A stretch of DNA of 64,000 nucleotides from Planctomycetota bacterium (GTDB taxonomy: Bacteria; Planctomycetota; UBA1135; UBA2386). Positions 1 to 7,831 of the stretch are shown here, piece by piece. The position numbers and the translations under genes were made by a program. Each line of letters begins with the position of its first letter. Within the stretch, counting starts at the first letter, position 1. The notes beneath the pieces are model-generated. The model had not been told where the DNA came from, did not search any database, and was given only the letters and a program-made list of their open reading frames with translations. The stretch lies in contig OZ245838.1 in the NCBI GenBank assembly GCA_965228735.1, positions 864,001 to 928,000 on the forward strand, written 5' to 3'.

Positions 1-1
1 G

Positions 2-499
2 ATCACGTTCGAGGGCACGTATCGGTTCGGCCCGACGCCGGGCGTTTGGGGCACCGAAGCGGATTGGTATCAGACCGGCGTCGACATGGGGCGCGCGTTC
101 GGCGACTACTTCGACTTCGGTCCGCTCGCGATCGGGACCTCGTACGGCAGCACCTGCATGACCGTGCTGATGAACGGGGCGCTGACGCCGTTGCCGAACG
201 GCGATCACCGGGTCGACCTCGCGTTCGGCGGCGCGACCCCGAACGGCATCGCGTTCGTCGCCTACGGCTTCCTGCCGGCCACGACGCCGCTGCCCGCACC
301 GTGGCAGGGCTGCCTGTCGCTCACGAGTGTGGATGCGGCCGTGCTCGTGCCCGTGTCGCCGTTCGGGGTGGGGCTGCACGACTACGTGCTGCCGTACTTC
401 CCGGGGTTCGCGCTGCACAACCAGGTGCTGGCGCTCGGCCCGGTCGGGCCCTCGATCACGATCGATACGAGCAACGGCTTCCAGGTGCGCAACCTCTGA
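2..499 (+). CDS. 5'-truncated hypothetical protein ending in the shared two-Cys C-terminal domain
   Basis: The frame is open from base 2 (ITFEGTYRFGPTPGVWG...) to TGA at 499. The C-terminal part reads YGSTC...GCL...LP...HNQ...TSNG, like the C-termini at 25573, 33597 and 35800. Confidence 0.75.
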   Translation: MTFEGTYRFGPTPGVWGTEADWYQTGVDMGRAFGDYFDFGPLAIGTSYGSTCMTVLMNGALTPLPNGDHRVDLAFGGATPNGIAFVAYGFLPATTPLPAPWQGCLSLTSVDAAVLVPVSPFGVGLHDYVLPYFPGFALHNQVLALGPVGPSITIDTSNGFQVRNL

Positions 500-599
500 C
501 CCGGGAGCGAAGCCGCCGGCGATGCCTGGCGTATCGAAAAAGTAATCCTTCCTGAACACTGTCCGTCGATCCCCCGATCGCGGACAACCAGGGGACGAC

Positions 600-1034
600 A
601 TGAAAGCCATCCACACCCTGTCGTCCCTCCTCCTCGGCCTCGCCCTCGCCGCCCCCGCGGCGGCGCAGACCTACCAGCTCACCGAAGTCGGGCCCACCTG
701 CGGTGCCGATCTGCGCGGTCAGGTCGTCTCGTCGCCGGCTGGCAGCGGCGTCCGCCTGGGGCTGCGCAGCGTGGTCGACAACGGCCTCGCGGTCCTCGCG
801 ATCGGCAGCCGGCGACCGACGCCGGTGCAGCTGCCGGGCGGCCAGTGCGACCTCTACGTCGACCCGCGCGCCACGCAGCTCCAGCGCACGGGGCCCCGCG
901 GGTACGCGCGCTTCGCGTTCCGCATTCCGCCGGTCGTGCCGATCCGCATCGCGTTCCAGGCCGTCGTGCTGGATGTCCGGCCGACCGGGCTGCGCGCGGC
1001 GTCGAGTGACGTCATCATCCTGCAGGGTCAGTAG
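600..1034 (+). CDS. Secreted protein: signal peptide plus the shared two-Cys domain only
   Basis: A GGGGA SD-like sequence precedes the ATG. Signal peptide MKAIHTLSSLLLGLALAAPAAAQ, then VGPTC...GQCDLYVDP...FRIPP...FQAVVLD...SSDVIIL. Confidence 0.8.
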   Translation: MKAIHTLSSLLLGLALAAPAAAQTYQLTEVGPTCGADLRGQVVSSPAGSGVRLGLRSVVDNGLAVLAIGSRRPTPVQLPGGQCDLYVDPRATQLQRTGPRGYARFAFRIPPVVPIRIAFQAVVLDVRPTGLRAASSDVIILQGQ

Positions 1035-1197
1035 GGCCGCAGCGCGGAACCGACGCGCAACGGCCGGGCATCGCGCCCGGCCGGCGCGCCGTACGGCACG
1101 CGCTACGGCGCGAGGCCGCTGATTCAAGGGTTCGTTCCCGCGCCCGTCTTCGCAGTCGTGCTGCCGCGGAGCACGTGAGCCAGTATCGTGACGGGCG

Positions 1198-4188
1198 ATG
1201 ACATCCTGGTGGTTGCGCGCGTCGTCCGGTCTCCTGGCTCTCGGCTTCGGCCATGTCGGTCTGCTCGCCCAGGACGAAGAAGACGACTACGCGTTTCTGC
1301 TCGCGAGTGCGCAGAAGAAGCTGCTCGAGGGTGAGCTGTCGTCCGCGGAGGCGCGGTTCGACGAGATCCTGCTCGCGCTCGAAGAGGAGCCGGAGGAATA
1401 CCAGCCGCCGCCGGCGATCGTGAACGCGGCGCGGCTCGGGTTCGCGACGATCGAAGAACGTCGCGGCAACTACGAGCGCACGCTGCGCGACCTCGAGCGG
1501 TTGCCCGACGCGTTCCGGGTGACGCGCGAACCGCGGCTGCTGCAGGCGCGCACGCTCGCCCGGGTCGGGCGTTACGATGACGCGATCGCGGCGCTCGAGC
1601 CGCTCGCGGCCGGCGACACGGTCGACTCCGAGGTCCGGCACGAACTCGGCGCGATGCACTGGTGCAAGGGCGAACGAGCCCGCGCGCGCGAGCTGTGGAC
1701 GGCGAACACCACGGCGGACCGGCCGGCGGACGCGCGCCAGCTGACGTTCCTCGGCCGGTCGTACCATCGGCTCGGCGGGCGCGAGAACATCGAGCTCGCG
1801 AGCCGCGCGTTCGTCGAGAGCATGAAGCTCGAGAGGGCCGCGGAGAAGGCCGGCGGGCCACCGGCGCGGCCGGAAGCACGCACCAGCTACGGCATCCTCA
1901 AGTTCGAGGCGTATGGCGAGGCCGCGGGGTTCCCGAGCGGCGAGAAGGACCTCAAGAAGGTGCTCGAGGAGCACGGCGACTACGAGCCGGCGTTGCTCGC
2001 GATGTATCGCCTGCGGCGCTCCAACCAGATGCTCGATCCGAGCATCACCGAGCAGTACCTGCAGCGGGCGTTGCGGCAGAACGGCAAGTGTGTCGAGGGG
2101 CTCGTGCTGCGCGGCAGCAACATCTTCGACGATCGTCGCTTCGAGGCGGCCAAGGAGGTGTTCGACGCCGCGCTCGCGATCAACCCGAACCACAAGGAGG
2201 CGCTGGCGCATCGCGCGGCGGTCGCGTTCCTGCTCGCCGAGATGGACGACTACGCGAGGTATCGCGAACGCGCGCTCGTTGGCGACGAGGGGCAACCCGA
2301 CGTCGATCGGATCCTCGCCGATCATCTGGTCGCGCTGTATCGCTTCGCGGATGCGCTGCCGTTCTACGAGCAGGCGCTGGCCGTCGATCCGGACAACGTC
2401 GCGGCGCTGCAGGGTTCGGCCAAGGCGTTGATCTACTGCGGTGACGGCGCCGAGGCGCGCAACCGCCTCGAGTATGCCAAGGAGATCGAGCGCGGCCTCG
2501 TCGACCCGTGGCGCAACAACGCGATCGCGGCGCAGGAGCTGCTCGAGGAGGAGTACGTCACCGTGCGCAGCAAGGACGGCCAGTTCGAGCTGCGCCTGCA
2601 CCGCGATGACTCCGAGCTGCTCGCGGCCTACATGATGCCGCTCTACCTCGAGGCTGCGGAGGAGCTCGGGCGGAAGTACGGCGTGCGACCGGACGACACC
2701 GTGACGGTCGAGGTGTTCCATACGTGGGACGACTTCTCGGTCCGGACGACCGGCTTCCGCGGGTTCACGGCGCTCGGGGCGTGCTTCGGGCCGTTCATCA
2801 CGCTCGTGAGCCCGGGCGACACGGACGTGCGCCGGCAGGACTTCATGTGGGAGGCCACGGTCTGGCACGAGTTCTCGCACGTGCTGACGCTCGCCCTGAG
2901 CAAGCACCGGGTACCGCGTTGGCTCACCGAGGGGTTTGCCGTCTACGAGGAGAAGGTCCGCGACCGCACCTGGGAACGCGGCATGGATCGCGAGCTGTTC
3001 GACGCGTTCCACAACGAGGACATCCCGCCGGTCGGGTTGCTGAACCGGCTGTTCCGCGGGCCGCGCATCCTGTTCGGCTACTACCAGGGCGGGCTGATCG
3101 TGGAGCTGATCTCGAAGCGCTGGGGCTTCGACAAGGCCGTCGACATGTGCCGCGCGTTCGGCGACGACCTCGGCCTCGAGGCGGTGTGCCAGCGCGCTCT
3201 CGGCATGAGTTCGCGCGAGCTCGACCGGGCGCTGCTCGAGTTCGTCGAGCAGAAGAAGATCCGCGGGATGAAGCTCGTGCCGCGCTACGACGACGGCGCG
3301 ATCGATCGCCTGCTCGTGCGAGCGGCGCGCGACAAGTCGGACTTCGATGCGCGCATCGGGCTCGCCTGGGCGTTCGTGCAGCGCAGCAACCCCGTCGACG
3401 CGGGGCGCTGGCTCGCCGAGGTGCTGCGCGAGGATCCGAATCATGCCGGCGCGCTGCTCGTGCGGGCGCAGATGCTGTGGCAGCGCAAGGAGGTCGAGGG
3501 CGCCCTCGACTGCTGGCGCCGCGGCTTCGCGGGCGGCGCGGACGACTTCGATTCGCGCATCGCCTACGGGCGGGCGCTCGTGGCGCAGAACGACCTGAGC
3601 GGCGCCGAGGATCAGTGGCAGCGCGCGAAGGCGTGCTGGCCGAAGTGCACCGAGCAGGAGAACGCGCCGGAGCTGCTGCTCGCCCGGCTCTACCGCGACC
3701 GCAACGACCGGACGCGCGCGCAGATGGAGATGAAGACCTACTGCAACCGCACGGCGCGCGCGTTCACCCCGCGGCGCACGCTCGCGACGTTCGAGCGCGA
3801 CTCGGGCAACCGCGCGCAGGAGATCAAGTATCTCGTGGAGTGCAATCGGATCGATCCGTTCGACCGGTCGCTCCACCTCGAACTCGCAGAGGCCTACGAG
3901 GCGATCGACAAGCGGGCGCTCGCGGCGAAGGAGTACGAGATGGCGGCCGCGGTGCCGCCGCAGCTCGATCGGCAATACTTGCGCCCGGACCGGACGGCGC
4001 CCGCATCCAACGCGCCCGCGGAGCTCGCCGAGCGCGGCAGCTTGTGGTTGCGTGCGGCACAGCTGCGCTACTCCATCGGCGATCGCGAGCGGGCGCGCGC
4101 GCTGTTGCAACGGATTCGGAAGGAGGCGGCCGGTTCGGATGCGGCGGCGACGGCAATGGAATTGGAACGCGAGTGGGCTGGCGGTTAA
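1198..4188 (+). CDS. Secreted TPR-repeat protein with a central zinc metallopeptidase (peptidase MA-like) domain
   Basis: Signal peptide and many TPR-like helical repeats. HEXXH motif (VWHEFSHV) followed by WLTEGFA, which supplies the third-ligand Glu. Confidence 0.8.
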   Translation: MTSWWLRASSGLLALGFGHVGLLAQDEEDDYAFLLASAQKKLLEGELSSAEARFDEILLALEEEPEEYQPPPAIVNAARLGFATIEERRGNYERTLRDLERLPDAFRVTREPRLLQARTLARVGRYDDAIAALEPLAAGDTVDSEVRHELGAMHWCKGERARARELWTANTTADRPADARQLTFLGRSYHRLGGRENIELASRAFVESMKLERAAEKAGGPPARPEARTSYGILKFEAYGEAAGFPSGEKDLKKVLEEHGDYEPALLAMYRLRRSNQMLDPSITEQYLQRALRQNGKCVEGLVLRGSNIFDDRRFEAAKEVFDAALAINPNHKEALAHRAAVAFLLAEMDDYARYRERALVGDEGQPDVDRILADHLVALYRFADALPFYEQALAVDPDNVAALQGSAKALIYCGDGAEARNRLEYAKEIERGLVDPWRNNAIAAQELLEEEYVTVRSKDGQFELRLHRDDSELLAAYMMPLYLEAAEELGRKYGVRPDDTVTVEVFHTWDDFSVRTTGFRGFTALGACFGPFITLVSPGDTDVRRQDFMWEATVWHEFSHVLTLALSKHRVPRWLTEGFAVYEEKVRDRTWERGMDRELFDAFHNEDIPPVGLLNRLFRGPRILFGYYQGGLIVELISKRWGFDKAVDMCRAFGDDLGLEAVCQRALGMSSRELDRALLEFVEQKKIRGMKLVPRYDDGAIDRLLVRAARDKSDFDARIGLAWAFVQRSNPVDAGRWLAEVLREDPNHAGALLVRAQMLWQRKEVEGALDCWRRGFAGGADDFDSRIAYGRALVAQNDLSGAEDQWQRAKACWPKCTEQENAPELLLARLYRDRNDRTRAQMEMKTYCNRTARAFTPRRTLATFERDSGNRAQEIKYLVECNRIDPFDRSLHLELAEAYEAIDKRALAAKEYEMAAAVPPQLDRQYLRPDRTAPASNAPAELAERGSLWLRAAQLRYSIGDRERARALLQRIRKEAAGSDAAATAMELEREWAGG

Positions 4189-4203
4189 CTTGCGCGGTCC
4201 ACC

Positions 4204-5415
4204 ATGCTGGCCGTCGTCACCGAGAGTTGGGAGCGCGTGCAGGACGCGGTGCGCAAGCGCGCCGGCGACGCAGCGTACGACTCCTGGCTGAGCCAGCTCT
4301 CGCCCGTGTCGATGGAGCGCGGCACGGTCTACTTCGAGGCCGAGACCCGCTTCGTCGCGGACCGCGTGCGCGCGCTCTACCGGCCGCTGTTGCAGGAAGT
4401 GCTGTCGGCCGAGATCGGCACCCAGGTCCTCGTCGAGATCCAGTGGCGCGAGTCCGGCCGGTTCGACGAGCTCGACGTGTCGCCGCAGCGCCCGATCGTC
4501 GACGACAGCAATCGCCTCGCGTGGCTGGTGCTCAACAACCTGCGCGAGGCCGGCAAAGAGAACGGCAAGCCGCTGCCGGCGACGGTGTTCTTCTTCCACG
4601 GCGCCGAGGGTGTCGGCAAGACGTTCCTGCTGCGCTGGTATCGCCAGCAGGCCCGCTGTGAGCTGCTATGGTTCGAACTCGCGACGCTGCTCAAGGCGTT
4701 CCAGGCATCGCACAAGGAGAAGCGGGTCGCCGGGCTCGAGGAAGAGCTCATCGCGCCGCATCTGCTCGTGCTCGACGAGTTCCATCGCACGGCCGGCAAG
4801 CGCGGGCTGCAGCAGTTTCTCGTTCGCGTCCTCGAGGCCCGGGACCGTCTGCAGCGCCCGACCATCCTGGCCTCGCGCTGGCATCCGCACGACATCCGTG
4901 ACCTCGACGATACGCTGAGCACGAGATGCCTGGCGGGCTTCGTGGCTCAGATCGAGCGTCCTGGCCCGCTCGCGCGGCTGCGGTACCTGCGCGCGCTCGA
5001 GGGCGCGCCGTCGCGCAACGGCCGCGCGGGCGCTGTCGAGTCGATCGCGCGGCAGGTCGAGGGCACGTACCCGCAGCTGCGGTCGGCCTGGGCCGAGGGC
5101 AAGAATGGCGCGCCGCCGTCGCGTTACCTCGAGCTCATCGATCCGGGCCGGGTCTTCCAGCGCACACGCGACCGCGTGGCGGCGCAGTTCGCCGTGTCCG
5201 CGGACGAACTGCTCGGCAAGAGCCAGAGTCGTTCCGTGAGCCGGGCCCGCAAAGTGCTCGCGCTGCTCTGCCTCGAGCAGGGGCTGAGCGGCGGCGAGGT
5301 CGGGCGCTTCCTCGGCGGCCGCACGCGGGCGGCCGTGAGCTACATGGTGCGGTCGCTGCAGACCGAGATGGCGCGTTCGGCCGAGCTGCGGTCCGTCATC
5401 GAAGGCCTGCTGTGA
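4204..5415 (+). CDS. DnaA/Hda-family AAA+ ATPase (divergent DnaA paralog)
   Basis: DnaA domain I-like N-terminus (W..V.....G..AYDSWL), Walker A HGAEGVGKT, Walker B LLVLDEFH, LSTR box VII and a domain IV-like C-terminus (EVGRFLGGR). Confidence 0.8.
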   Translation: MLAVVTESWERVQDAVRKRAGDAAYDSWLSQLSPVSMERGTVYFEAETRFVADRVRALYRPLLQEVLSAEIGTQVLVEIQWRESGRFDELDVSPQRPIVDDSNRLAWLVLNNLREAGKENGKPLPATVFFFHGAEGVGKTFLLRWYRQQARCELLWFELATLLKAFQASHKEKRVAGLEEELIAPHLLVLDEFHRTAGKRGLQQFLVRVLEARDRLQRPTILASRWHPHDIRDLDDTLSTRCLAGFVAQIERPGPLARLRYLRALEGAPSRNGRAGAVESIARQVEGTYPQLRSAWAEGKNGAPPSRYLELIDPGRVFQRTRDRVAAQFAVSADELLGKSQSRSVSRARKVLALLCLEQGLSGGEVGRFLGGRTRAAVSYMVRSLQTEMARSAELRSVIEGLL

Positions 5416-5440
5416 CGCGTCGGCCGGCGAGGGGCGCGTC

Positions 5441-6064
5441 GTGAGCCGCGGCGCTTACTTCGTGCTCGAAGGGGGCGACGGCTGCGGCAAGAGTTCGCAG
5501 GCCCGCGCCCTGTGCGACTGGCTCGAAGGCGAGGGCCGGGCGCCGCTGCACGTGCGCGAGCCCGGATCGACGCCCGTGGGCGAGGCCTTGCGGCAGCTGC
5601 TCCTGTCGCCCGAGACCGGCGCGTTGCGGCCGGTCAGCGAGGCGCTGTTGTTCTTCGCGGCGCGGGCCGAGCTCGTGAGCGAAGTCATCGGGCCGGCGGT
5701 GGACGCGGGCCGCGTCGTCGTGGCCGAACGGTCTTACCTGTCGACCGTCGTCTACCAGGGCTACGCCGGCGACGGGTCGGTTGCCGTCGACTGGCTGTTC
5801 GAGCTCGCCGAACGCGTGCACGGCGACTACCTGCCGGATCGTATCTTCGTGCTCGACGTCCCGGCGGCGGTCGGGGATCGCCGGCGGTCGAGTCGCACCG
5901 CGGATCGCATCGAGACGCGCGGGGCCGACTATCACGAACGGGTACGAGAAGGCTTTCGCGTCGCAGCGACGCGCGATGCCCGCGTCGAACTCGTCGACGC
6001 CACCGCGTCGTTCGAGGAAGTGCGCGGTGCGCTGCAGGCGCGTTTGCTGGAGGTGCTCGCGTGA
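5441..6064 (+). CDS. tmk: Thymidylate kinase
   Basis: FVLEGGDGCGKSSQ P-loop, REPG, EALLFFAARAE, ERSYLSTVVYQG. Confidence 0.95.
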   Translation: MSRGAYFVLEGGDGCGKSSQARALCDWLEGEGRAPLHVREPGSTPVGEALRQLLLSPETGALRPVSEALLFFAARAELVSEVIGPAVDAGRVVVAERSYLSTVVYQGYAGDGSVAVDWLFELAERVHGDYLPDRIFVLDVPAAVGDRRRSSRTADRIETRGADYHERVREGFRVAATRDARVELVDATASFEEVRGALQARLLEVLA

Positions 6065-7098
6065 GTGGCGACGAACGCGATGACGAGGACGTCGGCAGCG
6101 CGCGTCTCGTCATGCCGCTCGGCCAGGGCGACGCATTGGCCGCGTGGCTGCGGCAGGCGCGGGCGGGCACGTTGCCGCACGCGATGATCGTGGAAGGGGC
6201 GCGGGGCGTCGGCAAGTCCGTCGTTCTTCGTTGGCTCGCCGCGGCGCTGTTGTGTCCGTCGGAGCTCGACACCGAAGGGCCGTGTGGCGTGTGTCGCACC
6301 TGCACGCGCATCGCGAACGCGCAGCACCCCGATCTGCACATCGTCGACCGGGCGCACGACGAGAAGGATCGCAAGAGCAACGACAAGAGCTTCTACGTGA
6401 TCAAGGTCGATCAGGTGCGTCGCGCGCAGGACGCGCTTTCGCGGCACGCGGTCGAGGGCGGGGCGCGCGTGTTGCTCATCGAGGACGCGGACTGCACGGA
6501 AGAGGCGGCACAGAACGCGTTGCTCAAGACGCTCGAGGAGCCCGGGATCGCGACGTTCCTGTTGCTCGAGGCGCGCCGGCCCGAGCGGCTCGCGGAGACG
6601 GTCCGGTCGCGGGCCCAGCGCCTGCGCGTTCTGCCGCTCCAGGACGCGGCGCTGCGGCGGCAGCTGGAAAAAAAAGTCAGCGGCAAGATCGACCTCGACC
6701 GCGCCGTAGCCGTGGCGCACGGGTCGCTCGGCCAGGCCCTCGCCGCGACGACCGAACAGGCGGTACAGCTCCACGATCTCGTGCGCGCGCTGCTGTCGAG
6801 CGCCAAGGGATTGCGGCCCATCACCACGGCGCGCGCCGTGCTCCAGGGGCAGAAGGACCGCCGCTCGGAGCTGCAGGCGGCGCGGTCGTTCCTCTGGCTG
6901 CTGCGCGCGGAGCTGCGGGCCACGAGCCAGCGGGTTGCAGAGGGGAATGACCCCGCCTACGGTGCCGGACCGCCAGAACCATGGACTACGTGGCTCGAAC
7001 TCACGCTCGCTGCAGAGCAGGACTTGGATCTCATGATCCCGCCGGAGCAGGTGCTCGCGGCGTGTCTGCTCGGGTTCGATTCCGCGACATCCGGTTGA
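6061..7098 (+). CDS. holB: DNA polymerase III delta' subunit
   Basis: GTG start overlaps the tmk stop. Motifs HA..VEGARGVGK, Zn module C..PCGVCRTC, HPD, AAQNALLKTLEEP, TVRSR. The tmk-holB order is canonical. Confidence 0.9.
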   Translation: MSGDERDDEDVGSARLVMPLGQGDALAAWLRQARAGTLPHAMIVEGARGVGKSVVLRWLAAALLCPSELDTEGPCGVCRTCTRIANAQHPDLHIVDRAHDEKDRKSNDKSFYVIKVDQVRRAQDALSRHAVEGGARVLLIEDADCTEEAAQNALLKTLEEPGIATFLLLEARRPERLAETVRSRAQRLRVLPLQDAALRRQLEKKVSGKIDLDRAVAVAHGSLGQALAATTEQAVQLHDLVRALLSSAKGLRPITTARAVLQGQKDRRSELQAARSFLWLLRAELRATSQRVAEGNDPAYGAGPPEPWTTWLELTLAAEQDLDLMIPPEQVLAACLLGFDSATSG

Positions 7099-7233
7099 TG
7101 GCGGTTGCAGTTGGGGGAGCGCACGCGGTCGGTCAACCGCTCGCGCTCAAGGGCGGTTCCATTTCGGTCGATACGTTGTTTGCCCGCCGAGGCGGCGGGT
7201 GGACGGCAGTTCGCGCTCGGAGGAACCGTAGAG

Positions 7234-7677
7234 ATGGCTTCGTCTGACCAAGATCTTCTCGAAGACAAGATCCAGAACGTTCGGCAGCGCGATCGTCGCT
7301 ATTCGCGCAACGCCTACTACTTCGTGCTCGACGCGCTCGACTACACGATGACCCACCTCGGCCGTGATCAGCTCACGGGCGAGGATCGGCACGTCGGTGG
7401 TCGCGAACTGATGGCCGGAGTGCGCGAGTACGCCGCCGACCAGTTCGGCCCGATGGCGGACACCGTGTTCGAGCGCTGGGGCATCGACGGCAGTGCTGAC
7501 TTCGGCGAGATCGTCTTCAACCTGGTCGACGCCGAACTGCTGAGTCGCCGCGCGACGGACTCGCGCCTCGACTTCAGCGACAGCATCGACTTCCGCGACG
7601 AGTTCCAGCAGCGCCACCGCGAGTCGCTGGATCGCATCGCGTCGACCCGCCAACCGAGCGGCCAGCCCAGCAGCTAG
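7234..7677 (+). CDS. Minf_1886-family (Planctomycetes/Verrucomicrobia-restricted) protein
   Basis: GGAGG SD. Motifs DRRYSRNAYYFVLDALDY, HVGGRELMAG, QFGPMA..VFERWGI, DFGEIVFNLV, D.RLDF. Confidence 0.8.
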   Translation: MASSDQDLLEDKIQNVRQRDRRYSRNAYYFVLDALDYTMTHLGRDQLTGEDRHVGGRELMAGVREYAADQFGPMADTVFERWGIDGSADFGEIVFNLVDAELLSRRATDSRLDFSDSIDFRDEFQQRHRESLDRIASTRQPSGQPSS

Positions 7678-7706
7678 CCGCACCGTACCCGGTCCAAACC
7701 GCAAGC

Positions 7707-7739
7707 GAGCCCGCGCCCGGCGAAGCCGAACGCGGGCTC
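7707..7739 (+). terminator. Stem-loop, probable terminator
   Basis: GAGCCCGCG...CGCGGGCTC 9-bp stem with an inner CGGC-GAA-GCCG hairpin, 30 nt after the stop. Only a weak pyrimidine tail follows. Confidence 0.5.
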
Positions 7740-7831
7740 TCTCATTGTCAGGGGTGGGTAGCGCGCGGGTTTCCCTGGCCGCCGGCGCCGGCGCCGCGGT
7801 TCAATGGCTGGAGTTCTCGAGAGAAGACTCC

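Noticed and set aside
1035..1197. tRNA or other ncRNA in GC-rich intergenic hairpins (also 7099-7233, 31560-31760, 54126-54257)
   Set aside because: Only simple stem-loops were seen, with no cloverleaf or riboswitch consensus that I can support by eye. An Infernal/Rfam scan would settle it.
4189..4203. oriC next to the DnaA-like gene
   Set aside because: The flanking spacers are only 15-25 nt, with no DnaA boxes or AT-rich unwinding element.
1015..4599. Very long antisense ORFs (e.g. 1015..4599, 10530..13100, 28040..30463, 51810..54119)
   Set aside because: They are shadows of real genes on the opposite strand in high-GC DNA, Arg/Ala-rich with no recognisable motifs.
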